Below are positions 1-12,810 of a stretch of DNA of 64,000 bases, in pieces. The DNA comes from Eledone cirrhosa. Lineage: Eukaryota. Under the pieces are notes generated by a model. It was not told the origin of the DNA. It ran no database searches and worked only from the letters and a program-made list of their open reading frames with translations. Numbering within the stretch: position 1 is the first letter of the stretch; each line of letters starts with the position of its first letter. A program made the position numbers and the translations under genes. The DNA is taken from the NCBI GenBank assembly GCA_964016885.1, contig OZ024745.1, positions 64,790,001 through 64,854,000 on the forward strand. The letters run 5' to 3'.

Positions 1-3000
1 TATTTGGGTGAACCATTTTTTATTTGGGAGATCCATTTTTTATTTGGGTGATCCATTTTTTATTTGGGTGATCCACTTTTTATTTGGGGGATCAATTTTT
101 TATTTGGGTGATCCATTTTTTATTTGGGTGATCCATTTTTTATTTGGGGGATCCATTTTTTATTTCGGGGATCCATTTTTTATTTGGGTGATCCATTTTT
201 ATTTGGAGATCCATTTTTTATTTGGGGGGGTCCATTTTTTATTTGGGGGATCCATTTTTATTTGGGTGATCCATTTTTTATTTGGGGGATCCATTTTTTA
301 TTTGGGTGATCCCTTTTTTATTTGGGGGATCCATTTTTTATTTGGGTGATCCATTTTTTATTTGGGGGATCCATTTTTTATTTGGGGGATTCATTTTTTA
401 TTTGGGTGATCCATTTTTTATTAGGGGGATCCATTTTTTATTTGGGTGATCCATTTTTTATTTGGGTGATCCATTTTTTATTTGGGTGATCCATTTTTTA
501 TTTGGGTGATCCATTTTTTATTTGGGGGATCCATTTTTTATTTGGGTGATCCATTTTTTATTTGGGGGATCCATTTTTTATTTGGGTGATCCATTTTTTA
601 TTTCGGGGATCCATTTTTTATTTCGGGGATCCATTTTTTATTTGGGTGATTCATTTTTTATTTGGGGGATCCATTTTTTATTTTGGGTGATCCATTTTTT
701 ATTAGGGGGATCCATTTTTTATTTGGGTGATCCATTTTTATTTGTAGATCCATTTTTTATTTGGGTGATCCATTTTTTAATTGGATGATCAATTTTTTAT
801 TTGGGGGATCCATTTTTTATTTGGGGGATCCATTATTTATTTGGGTGATCCATTTTTTATTTGGGTGATCCATTTTTTATTCGGGGGATCCATTTTTTAT
901 TTGGGTGATCCATTTTTTATTTGCGTGATCCATTTTTTAATTGGGGATCCATTTTTTATTTAGTTGATCCACTTTTTAATTGGGTGATGCATTTTTTATT
1001 TGGGGGAACCATTTTTTATTTGGGGGATCCATTTTTTATTTGGGGGATCCATTGTTTATTTGGGTGATCCATTTTTTATTTGGGTGATCCATTTTTTATT
1101 TGGGGGATCCATTTTGTATTTGGGTGATCCATTTTTTATTTGGGTGATCCATTTTTTATTTGGGTGATCCATTTTTTATTTGTGGGATCCATTTTTTATT
1201 TGGGTGATCCATTTTTTATTTGGGGGATCCTTTTTTTATTTGGGTGATCCATTTTTTATTTGGGTGATCCATTTTTTATTTGGGGGATCCATTTTTTATT
1301 TGGGTGATCCATTTTTTATTTGGGTGATCCATTTTTTATTTGGGGGATCCATTTTTTATTTGGGTGATCCATTTTTTATTTGGGGGATCCATTTTTTATT
1401 TGGGGGATCCATTTTTTATTTGGGTGATCCATTTTTTATATGGGTGATCCATTTTTTATTTGGGGGGATCCATTTTTAATTTGGGTGATCCATTTTTTAT
1501 TTGGGGGATCCATTTTTTATTTGGGTGATCCATTTTTTATTTGGGGGATCCATTTTTTATTTGGGTGATCCATTTTTTATTTGGGTGATCAATTTTTTAA
1601 TTGGGTGATCCATTTTTTATTTGGGGGATCCATTTTTTATTTGGGTGATCCATTTTTTAGTTGGGTGGTCCATTTTTTATTTGGGTGATCCATTTTTTAT
1701 TTGGGGGATCCATTTTTTATTTGGGTGATCCATTTTTTATTTGGGGATCCATTTTTTATTTGGGTGATCCATTTTTTATTTGGGTGATCCATTTTTTATT
1801 TGGGGGATCCATTTTTTATTTGGGTGATCCATTTTTTATTTGGGGATCCATTTTTTATTTGGGTGATCCATTTTTTATTTGGGTGATCCATTTTTTATTT
1901 GGGGGATCCATTTTTTATTTGGGTGATCCATTTTTTATTTGGGGGTCCATTTTATATTTGGGGGATCCATTTTTATTTGGGTGATCCATTTTTTATTTGG
2001 GGGATCCATTTTTTATTTGGGTGATCCATTTTTTATTTGGGGGATCCATTTTTTATTTGGGGGATCCATTTTTTATTTGGTTGATCCATTTTTTATTAAG
2101 GGGATCCATTTTTTATTTGGGTGATCCATTTTAATTTGGAGATCCATTTTTTGTTTAGGTGATCCATTTTATAATTGGGTGATCCATTTTTTATTTGGGG
2201 GATCCATTTTTTATTTGGGGGATCCATTTTTTATTTGGGTGATCCATTTTTTATTTTGCTGATTCATTTTTTATTTGGGTGATCCATTTTTTATTTGGGG
2301 GATCTATTTTTTATTTGGGTGAACCATTTTTTATTTGGGAGATCCATTTTTTATTTGGGTGATCCATTTTTTATTTGGGTGATCCATTTTTTATTTGGGG
2401 GATCCATTTTTTATTTGGGTGATCCATTTTTTATTTGGGTGATCCATTTTTTATTTGGGGGATCCATTTTTTATTTGGGGGATCCATTTTTTATTTGGGT
2501 GATCCATTTTTATTTGGAGATCCATTTTGTATTTGGGTGATCCATTTTTTAATTGGGTGATCCATTTTTTATTTGGGTGATCCATTTTTTATTTGGGGGA
2601 TCCATTTTTTATTTGGGTGATCCATTTTTTATTTGGGTGGTCCATTTTTTATTTGGGTGATTCATTTTTTATTTGGGGGATCCATTTTTTATTTGGGTGA
2701 TCCATTTTTTATTTGGGGATCCATTTTTTATTTGGGTGATCCATTTTTTATTTGGGTGATCCATTTTTTATTTGGGGGATACATTTTTTATTTGGGTGAT
2801 CCATTTTTTATTTGGGGGGGTCCATATTTTATTTGGGGGATCCATTTTTTATTTGGGTGATCCATTTTTTATTTGGGGGATCCATTTTTTATTTGGGGGA
2901 TTCATTTTTTATTTGGGTGATCCATTTTTTATTAGGGGGATCCATTTTTTATTTGGGTGATCCATTTTTATTTGGAGATCCATTTTTTATTTAGGTGATC

Positions 3001-6000
3001 CATTTTATAATTGGGTGATCCATTTTTTATTTGGGGGATCCATTTTTTATTTGGGGGATCCATTATTTATTTGGGTGATCCATTTTTTATTTGGGTGATC
3101 CATTTTTTATTTGGGTGATCCATTTTTTATTTGGGTGATCCATTTTTTATTTGGGTGATCCATTTTTTATTTGGGGGATCCATTTTTTATTTGGGTGATC
3201 CATTTTTTATTTGGGGGATCCATTTTTTATTTGGGTGATCCATTTTTTATTTGGGGGATCCATTTTTTATTTCGGGGATCCATTGTTTATTTGGGTGATT
3301 CATTTTTTATTTGGGGGATCCATTTTTTATTTTGGGTGATCCATTTTTTATTAGGGGGATCCATTTTTTATTTGGGTGATCCATTTTTATTTGTAGATCC
3401 ATTTTTTATTTGGGTGATCCATTTTTTAATTGGATGATCCATTTTTTATTTGGGGGATCCATTTTTTATTTGGGGGATCCATTATTTATTTGGGTGATCC
3501 ATTTTTTATTTGGGTGATCCATTTTTTATTCGGGGGATCCATTTTTTAATTGGGGATCCATTTTTTATTTAGTTGATCCATTTTTTAATTGGGTGATGCA
3601 TTTTTTATTTGGGGGATCCATTTTTTATTTGGGGGATCCATTTTTTATTTGGGGGATCCATTGTTTATTTGGGTGATCCATTTTTTATTTGGGGGATCCA
3701 TTTTGTATTTGGGTGATCCATTTTTTATTTGGGTGATCCATTTTTTATTTGGGTGATCCATTTTTTATTTGTGGGATCCATTTTTTATTTGGGTGATCCA
3801 TTTTTTATTTGGGGGATCCTTTTTTTATTTGGGTGATCCATTTTTTATTTGGGTGATGCATTTTTTATTTGGGGGATCCATTTTTTATTTGGGGGATCCA
3901 TTTTTTATTTGGGGGATCCATTTTTTATTTGGGTGATCCATTTTTTATATGGGTGATCCATTTTTTATTTGGGGGGATCCATTTTTAATTTGGGTGATCC
4001 ATTTTTTATTTGGGGGATCCATTTTTTATTTGGGTGATCCATTTTTTATTTGGGGGATCCATTTTTTATTTGGGTGATCCATTTTTTATTTGGGTGATCC
4101 ATTTTTTAATTGGGTGATCCATTTTTTATTTGGGGGATCCATTTTTTATTTGGGTGATCCATTTTTTACTTGGGTGGTCCATTTTTTATTTGGGTGATCC
4201 ATTTTTTATTTGGGGGATCCATTTTTTATTTGGGTGATCCATTTTTTATTTGGGGATCCATTTTTTATTTGGGTGATCCATTTTTTATTTGGGTGATCCA
4301 TTTTTTATTTGGGGGATCCATTTTTTATTTGGGTGATTCATTTTTTATTTGGGGGGTCCATTTTTTATTTGGGGGATCCATTTTTATTTGGGTGATCCAT
4401 TTTTTATTTGGGGGATCCATTTTTTATTTGGGTGATCCATTTTTTATTTGGGTTGATCCCTTTTTTATTTGGGGGATCCATTATTTATTTGGGTGATCCA
4501 TTTTTTATTTGGGGGATCCATTTTTTATTTGGGTGATCCATTTTTTATTTGAGGGATCCATTTTATATTTGGGTGATCCATTTTTTATTTGGGGGATCCA
4601 TTATTTATTTGGGTGATCCATTTTTTATTTGGGTGATCCATTTTTTATTTGGGTGATCCATTTTTTATTTGGGTGATCCATTTTTTATTTGGGGATCCAT
4701 TTTTTATTTGGGTGATCCATTTTTTATTTGGGTGATCCATTTTTTATTTGGGGGATCCATTTTTTATTTGGGTGATCCATTTTTTATTTGGGGGATCCAT
4801 TTTTTATTTGGGTGATCCATTTTTTATTTGGGGGTCCATTTTTTATTTGGGGGATCCATTTTTATTTGGGTGATCCATTTTTTATTTGGGGGATCCATTT
4901 TTTATTTGAGTGATCCATTTTTTATTTGGGTTGATCCCTTTTTTATTTGGGGGATCCATTTTTTATTTGGGTGATCCATTTTTTATTTGGGGGATCCATT
5001 TTTTATTTGGGTGATCCATTTTTTATTTGGTTGATCCATTTTTTATTAGGGGGATCCATTTTTTATTTGGGTGATCCATTTTAATTTGGAGATCCATTTT
5101 TTGTTTAGGTGATCCATTTTATAATTGGGTGATCCATTTTTTATTTGGGGGATCCATTTTTTATTTGGGGGATCCATTATTTATTTGGGTGATCCATTTT
5201 TTATTTGGGTGATCCATTTTTTATTTGGGTGATCCATTTTTTATTTGGGTGATCCATTCTTTATTTGGGTGATCCATTTTTTATTTGGGGGATCCATTTT
5301 TTATTTGGGTGATCCATTTTTCATTTGGGTGATCCATTTTTTATTTGAGGGATCCATTTTATATTTGGGTGATCCATTTTTTATATGGGTGATCCATTTT
5401 TTATTTGGGGGATCCATTTTTTATTTGGGGGATCCATTTTTTATTTGGGGGATCCATTTTTTATTTGGGGGATCCATTTTTTATTTCGGGGATCCATTTT
5501 TTATTTGGGTGATTCATTTTTTATTTGGGGGATCCATTTTTTATTTGGGTGATCCATTTTTTTTATTTGGGGGTCCATTTTTTATTTGGGTGCTCCATTT
5601 TTTATTTGGATGATCCATTTTTTAATTGGGTGATCCATTTTTATTTGGGTGATCCATTTTTTACTTGGGGGATCCATTTTTTATTTGGGTGATCCATTTT
5701 TTATTTTGCTGATTCATTTTTTATTTGGGTGATCCATTTTTTATTTGGGGGATCCATTTTTTATTTGGGTGAACCATTTTTTATTTGGGAGATCCATTTT
5801 TTATTTGGGTGATCCATTTTTTATTTGGGGGATCCATTTTTTACTTGGGTGATCCATTTTTTATTTGGGTGATCCATTTTTTATTTGGGGGATCCATTTT
5901 TTATTTGGGGGATCCATTTTTTATTTGGGTGATCCATTTTTATTTGGAGATCCATTTTGTATTTGGGTGATCCATTTTTTAATTGGGTGATCCATTTTTT

Positions 6001-6499
6001 ATTTGGGTGATCCATTTTTTATTTGGGGGATCCATTTTTTATTTGGGTGATCCATTTTTTATTTGGGTGGTCCATTTTTTATTTGGGTGATCCATTTTTT
6101 ATTTGGGGGATCCATTTTTTATTTGGGTGATCCATTTTTTATTTGGGGATCCATTTTTTATTTGGGTGATCCATTTTTTATTTGGGTGATCCATTTTTTA
6201 TTTGGGGGATCCATTTTTTATTTGGGTGATCCATTTTTTATTTGGGGGGGGTCCATTTTTTATTTGGGGGATCCATTTTTATTTGGGTGATCCATTTTTT
6301 ATTTGGGGGATCCATTTTTTATTTGGGTGATCCCTTTTTTATTTGGGGGATCCATTTTTTATTTGGGTGATCCATTTTTTATTTGGGGGATCCATTTTTT
6401 ATTTGGGGGATTCATTTTTTATTTGGGTGATCCATTTTTTATTAGGGGGATCCATTTTTTATTTGGGTGATCCATTTTTATTTGGAGATCCATTTTTTA

Positions 6500-9400
6500 T
6501 TTAGGTGATCCATTTTATAATTGGGTGATCCATTTTTTATTTGGGGGATCCATTTTTTATTTGGGGGATCCATTATTTATTTGGGTGATCCATTTTTTAT
6601 TTGGGTGATCCATTTTTTATTTGGGTGATCCATTTTTTATTTGGGTGATCCATTTTTTATTTGGGTGATCCATTTTTTATTTGGGGGATCCATTTTTTAT
6701 TTGGGTGATCCATTTTTTATTTGGGGGATCCATTTTTTATTTGGGTGATCCATTTTTTATTTGGGGGATCCATTTTTTATTTCGGGGATCCATTTTTTAT
6801 TTGGGTGATTCATTTTTTATTTGGGAGATCCATTTTTTATTTTGGGTGATCCATTTTTTATTAGGGGGATCCATTTTTTATTTGGGTGATCCATTTTTAT
6901 TTGTAGATCCATTTTTTATTTGGGTGATCCATTTTTTAATTGGATGATCCATTTTTTATTTGGGGGATCCATTTTTTATTTGGGGGATCCATTATTTATT
7001 TGGGTGATCCATTTTTTATTTGGGTGATCCATTTTTTATTCGGGGGATCCATTTTTTATTTGGGTGATCCATTTTTTATTTGGGTGATCCATTTTTTAAT
7101 TGGGGATCCATTTTTTATTTAGTTGATCCATTTTTTAATTGGGTGATGCATTTTTTATTTGGGGGATCCATTTTTTATTTGGGGGATCCATTTTTTATTT
7201 GGGGGATCCATTGTTTATTTGGGTGATCCATTTTTTATTTGGGGGATCCATTTTGTATTTGGGTGATCCATTTTTTATTTGGGTGATCCATTTTTTATTT
7301 GGGTGATCCATTTTTTATTTGTGGGATCCATTTTTTATTTGGGTGATCCATTTTTTATTTGGGGGATCCTTTTTTTATTTGGGTGATCCATTTTTTATTT
7401 GGGTGATCCATTTTTTATTTGGGGGATCCATTTTTTATTTGGGTGATCCTTTTTTTATTTGGGTGATCCATTTTTTATTTGGGGGATCCATTTTTTATTT
7501 GGGTGATCCATTTTTTATTTGGGGGATCCATTTTTTATTTGGGGTATCCATTTTTTATTTGGGTGATCCATTTTTTATATGGGTGATCCATTTTTTATTT
7601 GGGGGGATCCATTTTTAATTTGGGTGATCCATTTTTTATTTGGGGGATCCATTTTTTATTTGGGTGATCCATATTTTATTTGGGGGATCCATTTTTTATT
7701 TGGGTGATCCATTTTTTATTTGGGTGATCCATTTTTTAATTGGGTGATCCATTTTTTATTTGGGGTATCCATTTTTTATTTGGGTGATCCATTTTTTAGT
7801 TGGGTGGTCCATTTTTTATTTGGGTGATCCATTTTTTATTTTGGGGATCCATTTTTTATTTGGGTGATCCATTTTTTATTTGGGGATCCATTTTTTATTT
7901 GGGTGATCCATTTTTTATTTGGGTGATCCATTTTTTATTTGGGGGATCCATTTTTTATTTGGGTGATTCATTTTTTATTTGGGGGGTCCATTTTTTATTT
8001 GGGGGATCCATTTTTATTTGGGTGATCCATTTTTTATTTGGGGGATCCATTTTTTATTTGGGTGATCCATTTTTTATTTGGGTTGATCCCTTTTTTATTT
8101 GGGGGATCCATTTTTTATTTGGGTGATCCATTTTTTATTTGGGGGATCCATTTTTTATTTGGGTGATCCATTTTTTATTTGAGGGATCCATTTTATATTT
8201 GGGTGATCCATTTTTTATTTGGGGGATCCATTATTTATTTGGGTGATCCATTTTTTATTTGGGTGATCCATTTTTTATTTGGGTGATCCATTTTTTATTT
8301 GGGTGATCCATTTTTTATTTGGGTGATACATTTTTTATTTGGGGGATCCATTTTTTATTTGGGTGATCCATTTTTTATTTGGGTGATCCATTTTTTATTT
8401 GAGGGATCCATTTTATATTTGGGTGATCCATTTTTTATTTGGGTGATCCATTTTTTATTTGGGGGATCCATTTTTTATTTGGGGGATCCATTTTTTATTT
8501 GGGGGATCCATTTTTTATTTGGGGGATCCATTTTTTATTTCGGGGATCCATTTTTTATTTGGGTGATTCATTTTTTATTTGGGGGATCCATTTTTTATTT
8601 GGGTGATCCATTTTTTTAATTTGGGGGTCCATTTTTTATTTGGGTGATCCATTTTTTATTTGGGTGATCCATTTTTTAATTGGGTGATCCATTTTTATTT
8701 GGGTGATCCATTTTTTACTTGGGGGATCCATTTTTTATTTGGGTGATCCATTTTTTATTTTGCTGATTCATTTTTTATTTGGGTGATCCATTTTTTATTT
8801 GGGGGATCCATTTTTTATTTGGGTGAACCATTTTTTATTTGGGGGATCCATTTTTTATTTGGGTGATCCATTTTTTATTTGGGTGATCCATTTTTTATTT
8901 GGGGGATCCATTTTTTATTTGGGTGATCCATTTTTTATTTGGGTGATCCATTTTTTATTTGGGGGATCCATTTTTTATTTGGGGGATCCATTTTTTATTT
9001 GGGTGATCCATTTTTATTTGGAGATCCATTTTGTATTTGGGTGATCCATTTTTTAATTGGGTGATCCATTTTTTATTTGGGTGATCCATTTTTTATTTGG
9101 GGGATCCATTTTTTATTTGGGTGATCCATTTTTTATTTGGGTGGTCCATTTTTTATTTGGGTGATCCATTTTTTATTTGGGGGATCCATTTTTTATTTGG
9201 GTGATCCATTTTTTATTTGGGGATCCATTTTTTATTTGGGTGATCCATTTTTTATTTGGTTGATCCATTTTTTATTTGGGGGATACATTTTTTATTTGGG
9301 TGATCCATTTTTTATTTGGGGGGACCATTTTTTATTTGGGGGATCCATTTTTATTTGGGTGATCCATTTTTTATTTGGGGGATCCATTTTTTATTTGGGT

Positions 9401-12400
9401 GATCCCTTTTTTATTTGGGGGATCCATTTTTTATTTGGGTGATCCATTTTTTATTTGGGGGATCCATTTTTTATTTGGGGGATTCATTTTTTATTTGGGT
9501 GATCCATTTTTTATTAGGGGGATCCATTTTTTATTTGGGTGATCCATTTTTATTTGGAGATCCATTTTTTATTTAGGTGATCCATTTTATAATTGGGTGA
9601 TCCATTTTTTATTTGGGGGATCCATTTTCTATTTGGAGGATCCATTATTTATTTGGGTGATCCATTTTTATTTGGAGATCCATTTTTTATTTGGGGGATC
9701 CATTATTTATTTGGGTGATCCATTTTTTATTTGGGTGATCCATTTTTTATTTGGGTGATCCATTTTTTATTTGGGTGATCCATTTTTTATTTGGGTGATC
9801 CATTTTTTATTTGGGGGATCCATTTTTTATTTGGGTGATCCATTTTTTATTTGGGGGATCCATTTTTTATTTGGGTGATCCATTTTTTATTTGGGGGATC
9901 CATTTTTTATTTCGGGGATCCATTTTTTATTTGGGTGATTCATTTTTTATTTGGGGGATCCATTTTTTATTTTGGGTGATCCATTTTTTATTAGGGGGAT
10001 CCATTTTTTATTTGGGTGATCCATTTTTATTTGTAGATCCATTTTTTATTTGGGTGATCCATTTTTTAATTGGATGATCCATTTTTTATTTGGGGGATCC
10101 ATTTTTTATTTGGGGGATCCATTATTTATTTGGGTGATCCATTTTTTATTTGGGTGATCCATTTTTTATTCGGGGGATCCATTTTTTATTTGGGTGATCC
10201 ATTTTTTATTTGGGTGATCCATTTTTTAATTGGGGATCCATTTTTTATTTAGTTGATCCATTTTTTAATTGGGTGATGCATTTTTTATTTGGGGGATCCA
10301 TTTTTTATTTGGGGGATCCATTTTTTATTTGGGGGATCCATTGTTTATTTGGGTGATCCATTTTTTATTTGGGTGATCCATTTTTTATTTGGGGGATCCA
10401 TTTTGTATTTGGGTGATCCATTTTTTATTTGGGTGATCCATTTTTTATTTGGGTGATCCATTTTTTATTTGTGGGATCCATTTTTTATTTGGGTGATCCA
10501 TTTTTTATTTGGGGGATCCTTTTTTTATTTGGGTGATCCATTTTTTATTTGGGTGATCCATTTTTTATTTGGGGGATCCATTTTTTATTTGGGTGATCCA
10601 TTTTTTATTTGGGTGATCCATTTTTTATTTGGGGGATCCATTTTTTATTTGGGTGATCCATTTTTTATTTGGGGGATCCATTTTTTATTTGGGGGATCCA
10701 TTTTTTATTTGGGTGATCCATTTTTTATATGGGTGATCCATTTTTTATTTGGGGGGATCCATTTTTAATTTGGGTGATCCATTTTTTATTTGGGGGATCC
10801 ATTTTTTATTTGGGTGATCCATATTTTATTTGGGGGATCCATTTTTTATTTGGGTGATCCATTTTTTATTTGGGTGATCCATTTTTTAATTGGGTGATCC
10901 ATTTTTTATTTGGGGTATCCATTTTTTATTTGGGTGATCCATTTTTTAGTTGGGTGGTCCATTTTTTATTTGGGTGATCCATTTTTTATTTTGGGGATCC
11001 ATTTTTTATTTGGGTGATCCATTTTTTATTTGGGGATCCATTTTTTATTTGGGTGATCCATTTTTTATTTGGGTGATCCATTTTTTATTTGGGGGATCCA
11101 TTTTTTATTTGGGTGATTCATTTTTTATTTGGGGGGTCCATTTTTTATTTGGGGGATCCATTTTTATTTGGGTGATCCATTTTTTATTTGGGGGATCCAT
11201 TTTTTATTTGGGTGATCCATTTTTTATTTGGGTTGATCCCTTTTTTATTTGGGGGATCCATTTTTTATTTGGGTGATCCATTTTTTATTTGGGGGATCCA
11301 TTTTTTATTTGGGTGATCCATTTTTTATTTGAGGGATCCATTTTATATTTGGGTGATCCATTTTTTATTTGGGGGATCCATTATTTATTTGGGTGATCCA
11401 TTTTTTATTTGGGTGATCCATTTTTATTTGGGTGATCCATTTTTTATTTGGGTGATCCATTTTTTATTTGGGTGATACATTTTTTATTTGGGGGATCCAT
11501 TTTTTATTTGGGTGATCCATTTTTTATTTGGGTGATCCATTTTTTATTTGAGGGATCCATTTTATATTTGGGTGATCCATTTTTTATTTGGGTGATCCAT
11601 TTTTTATTTGGGGGATCCATTTTTTATTTGGGGGATCCATTTTTTATTTGGGGGATCCATTTTTTATTTGGGGGATCCATTTTTTATTTCGGGGATCCAT
11701 TTTTTATTTGGGTGATTCATTTTTTATTTGGGGGATCCATTTTTTATTTGGGTGATCCATTTTTTTAATTTGGGGGTCCATTTTTTATTTGGGTGATCCA
11801 TTTTTTATTTGGGTGATCCATTTTTTAATTGGGTGATCCATTTTTATTTGGGTGATCCATTTTTTACTTGGGGGATCCATTTTTTATTTGGGTGATCCAT
11901 TTTTTATTTTGCTGATTCATTTTTTATTTGGGTGATCCATTTTTTATTTGGGGGATCCATTTTTTATTTGGGTGAACCATTTTTTATTTGGGGGATCTAT
12001 TTTTTATTTGGGTGATCCATTTTTTATTTGGGTGATCCATTTTTTATTTGGGGGATCCATTTTTTATTTGGGTGATCCATTTTTTATTTGGGTGATCCAT
12101 TTTTTATTTGGGGGATCCATTTTTTATTTGGGGGATCCATTTTTTATTTGGGTGATCCATTTTTATTTGGAGATCCATTTTGTATTTGGGTGATCCATTT
12201 TTTAATTGGGTGATCCATTTTTTATTTGGGTGATCCATTTTTTATTTGGGGGTTCCATTTTTTATTTGGGTGATCCATTTTTTATTTGGGTGGTCCATTT
12301 TTTATTTGGGTGATCCATTTTTTATTTGGGGGATCCATTTTTTATTTGGGTGATCTATTTTTTATTTGGGGATCCATTTTTTATTTGGGTGATCCATTTT

Positions 12401-12810
12401 TTATTTGGTTGATCCATTTTTTATTTGGGGGATACATTTTTTATTTGGGTGATCCATTTTTTATTTGGGGGGACCATTTTTTATTTGGGGGATCCATTTT
12501 TATTTGGGTGATCCATTTTTTATTTGGGGGATCCATTTTTTATTTGGGTGATCCCTTTTTTATTTGGGGGATCCATTTTTTATTTGGGTGATCCATTTTT
12601 TATTTGGGGGATCCATTTTTTATTTGGGGGATTCATTTTTTATTTGGGTGATCCATTTTTTATTAGGGGGATCCATTTTTTATTTGGGTGATCCATTTTT
12701 ATTTGGAGATCCATTTTTTATTTAGGTGATCCATTTTATAATTGGGTGATCCATTTTTTATTTGGGGGATCCATTTTCTATTTGGAGGATCCATTATTTA
12801 TTTGGGTGAT
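6500..12810 (+). repeat. ~3.13-3.15 kb higher-order tandem duplication
   Basis: Matching ORF pairs: 6681/9811 and 6940/10070 (offset 3130); 7319/10469 and 7800/10950 (3150); 8299/11448, 8799/11948 and 9137/12286 (3149). Shared variants include CCATATTTT, GGGGTATCC and GGGGGACC. Confidence 0.85.
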
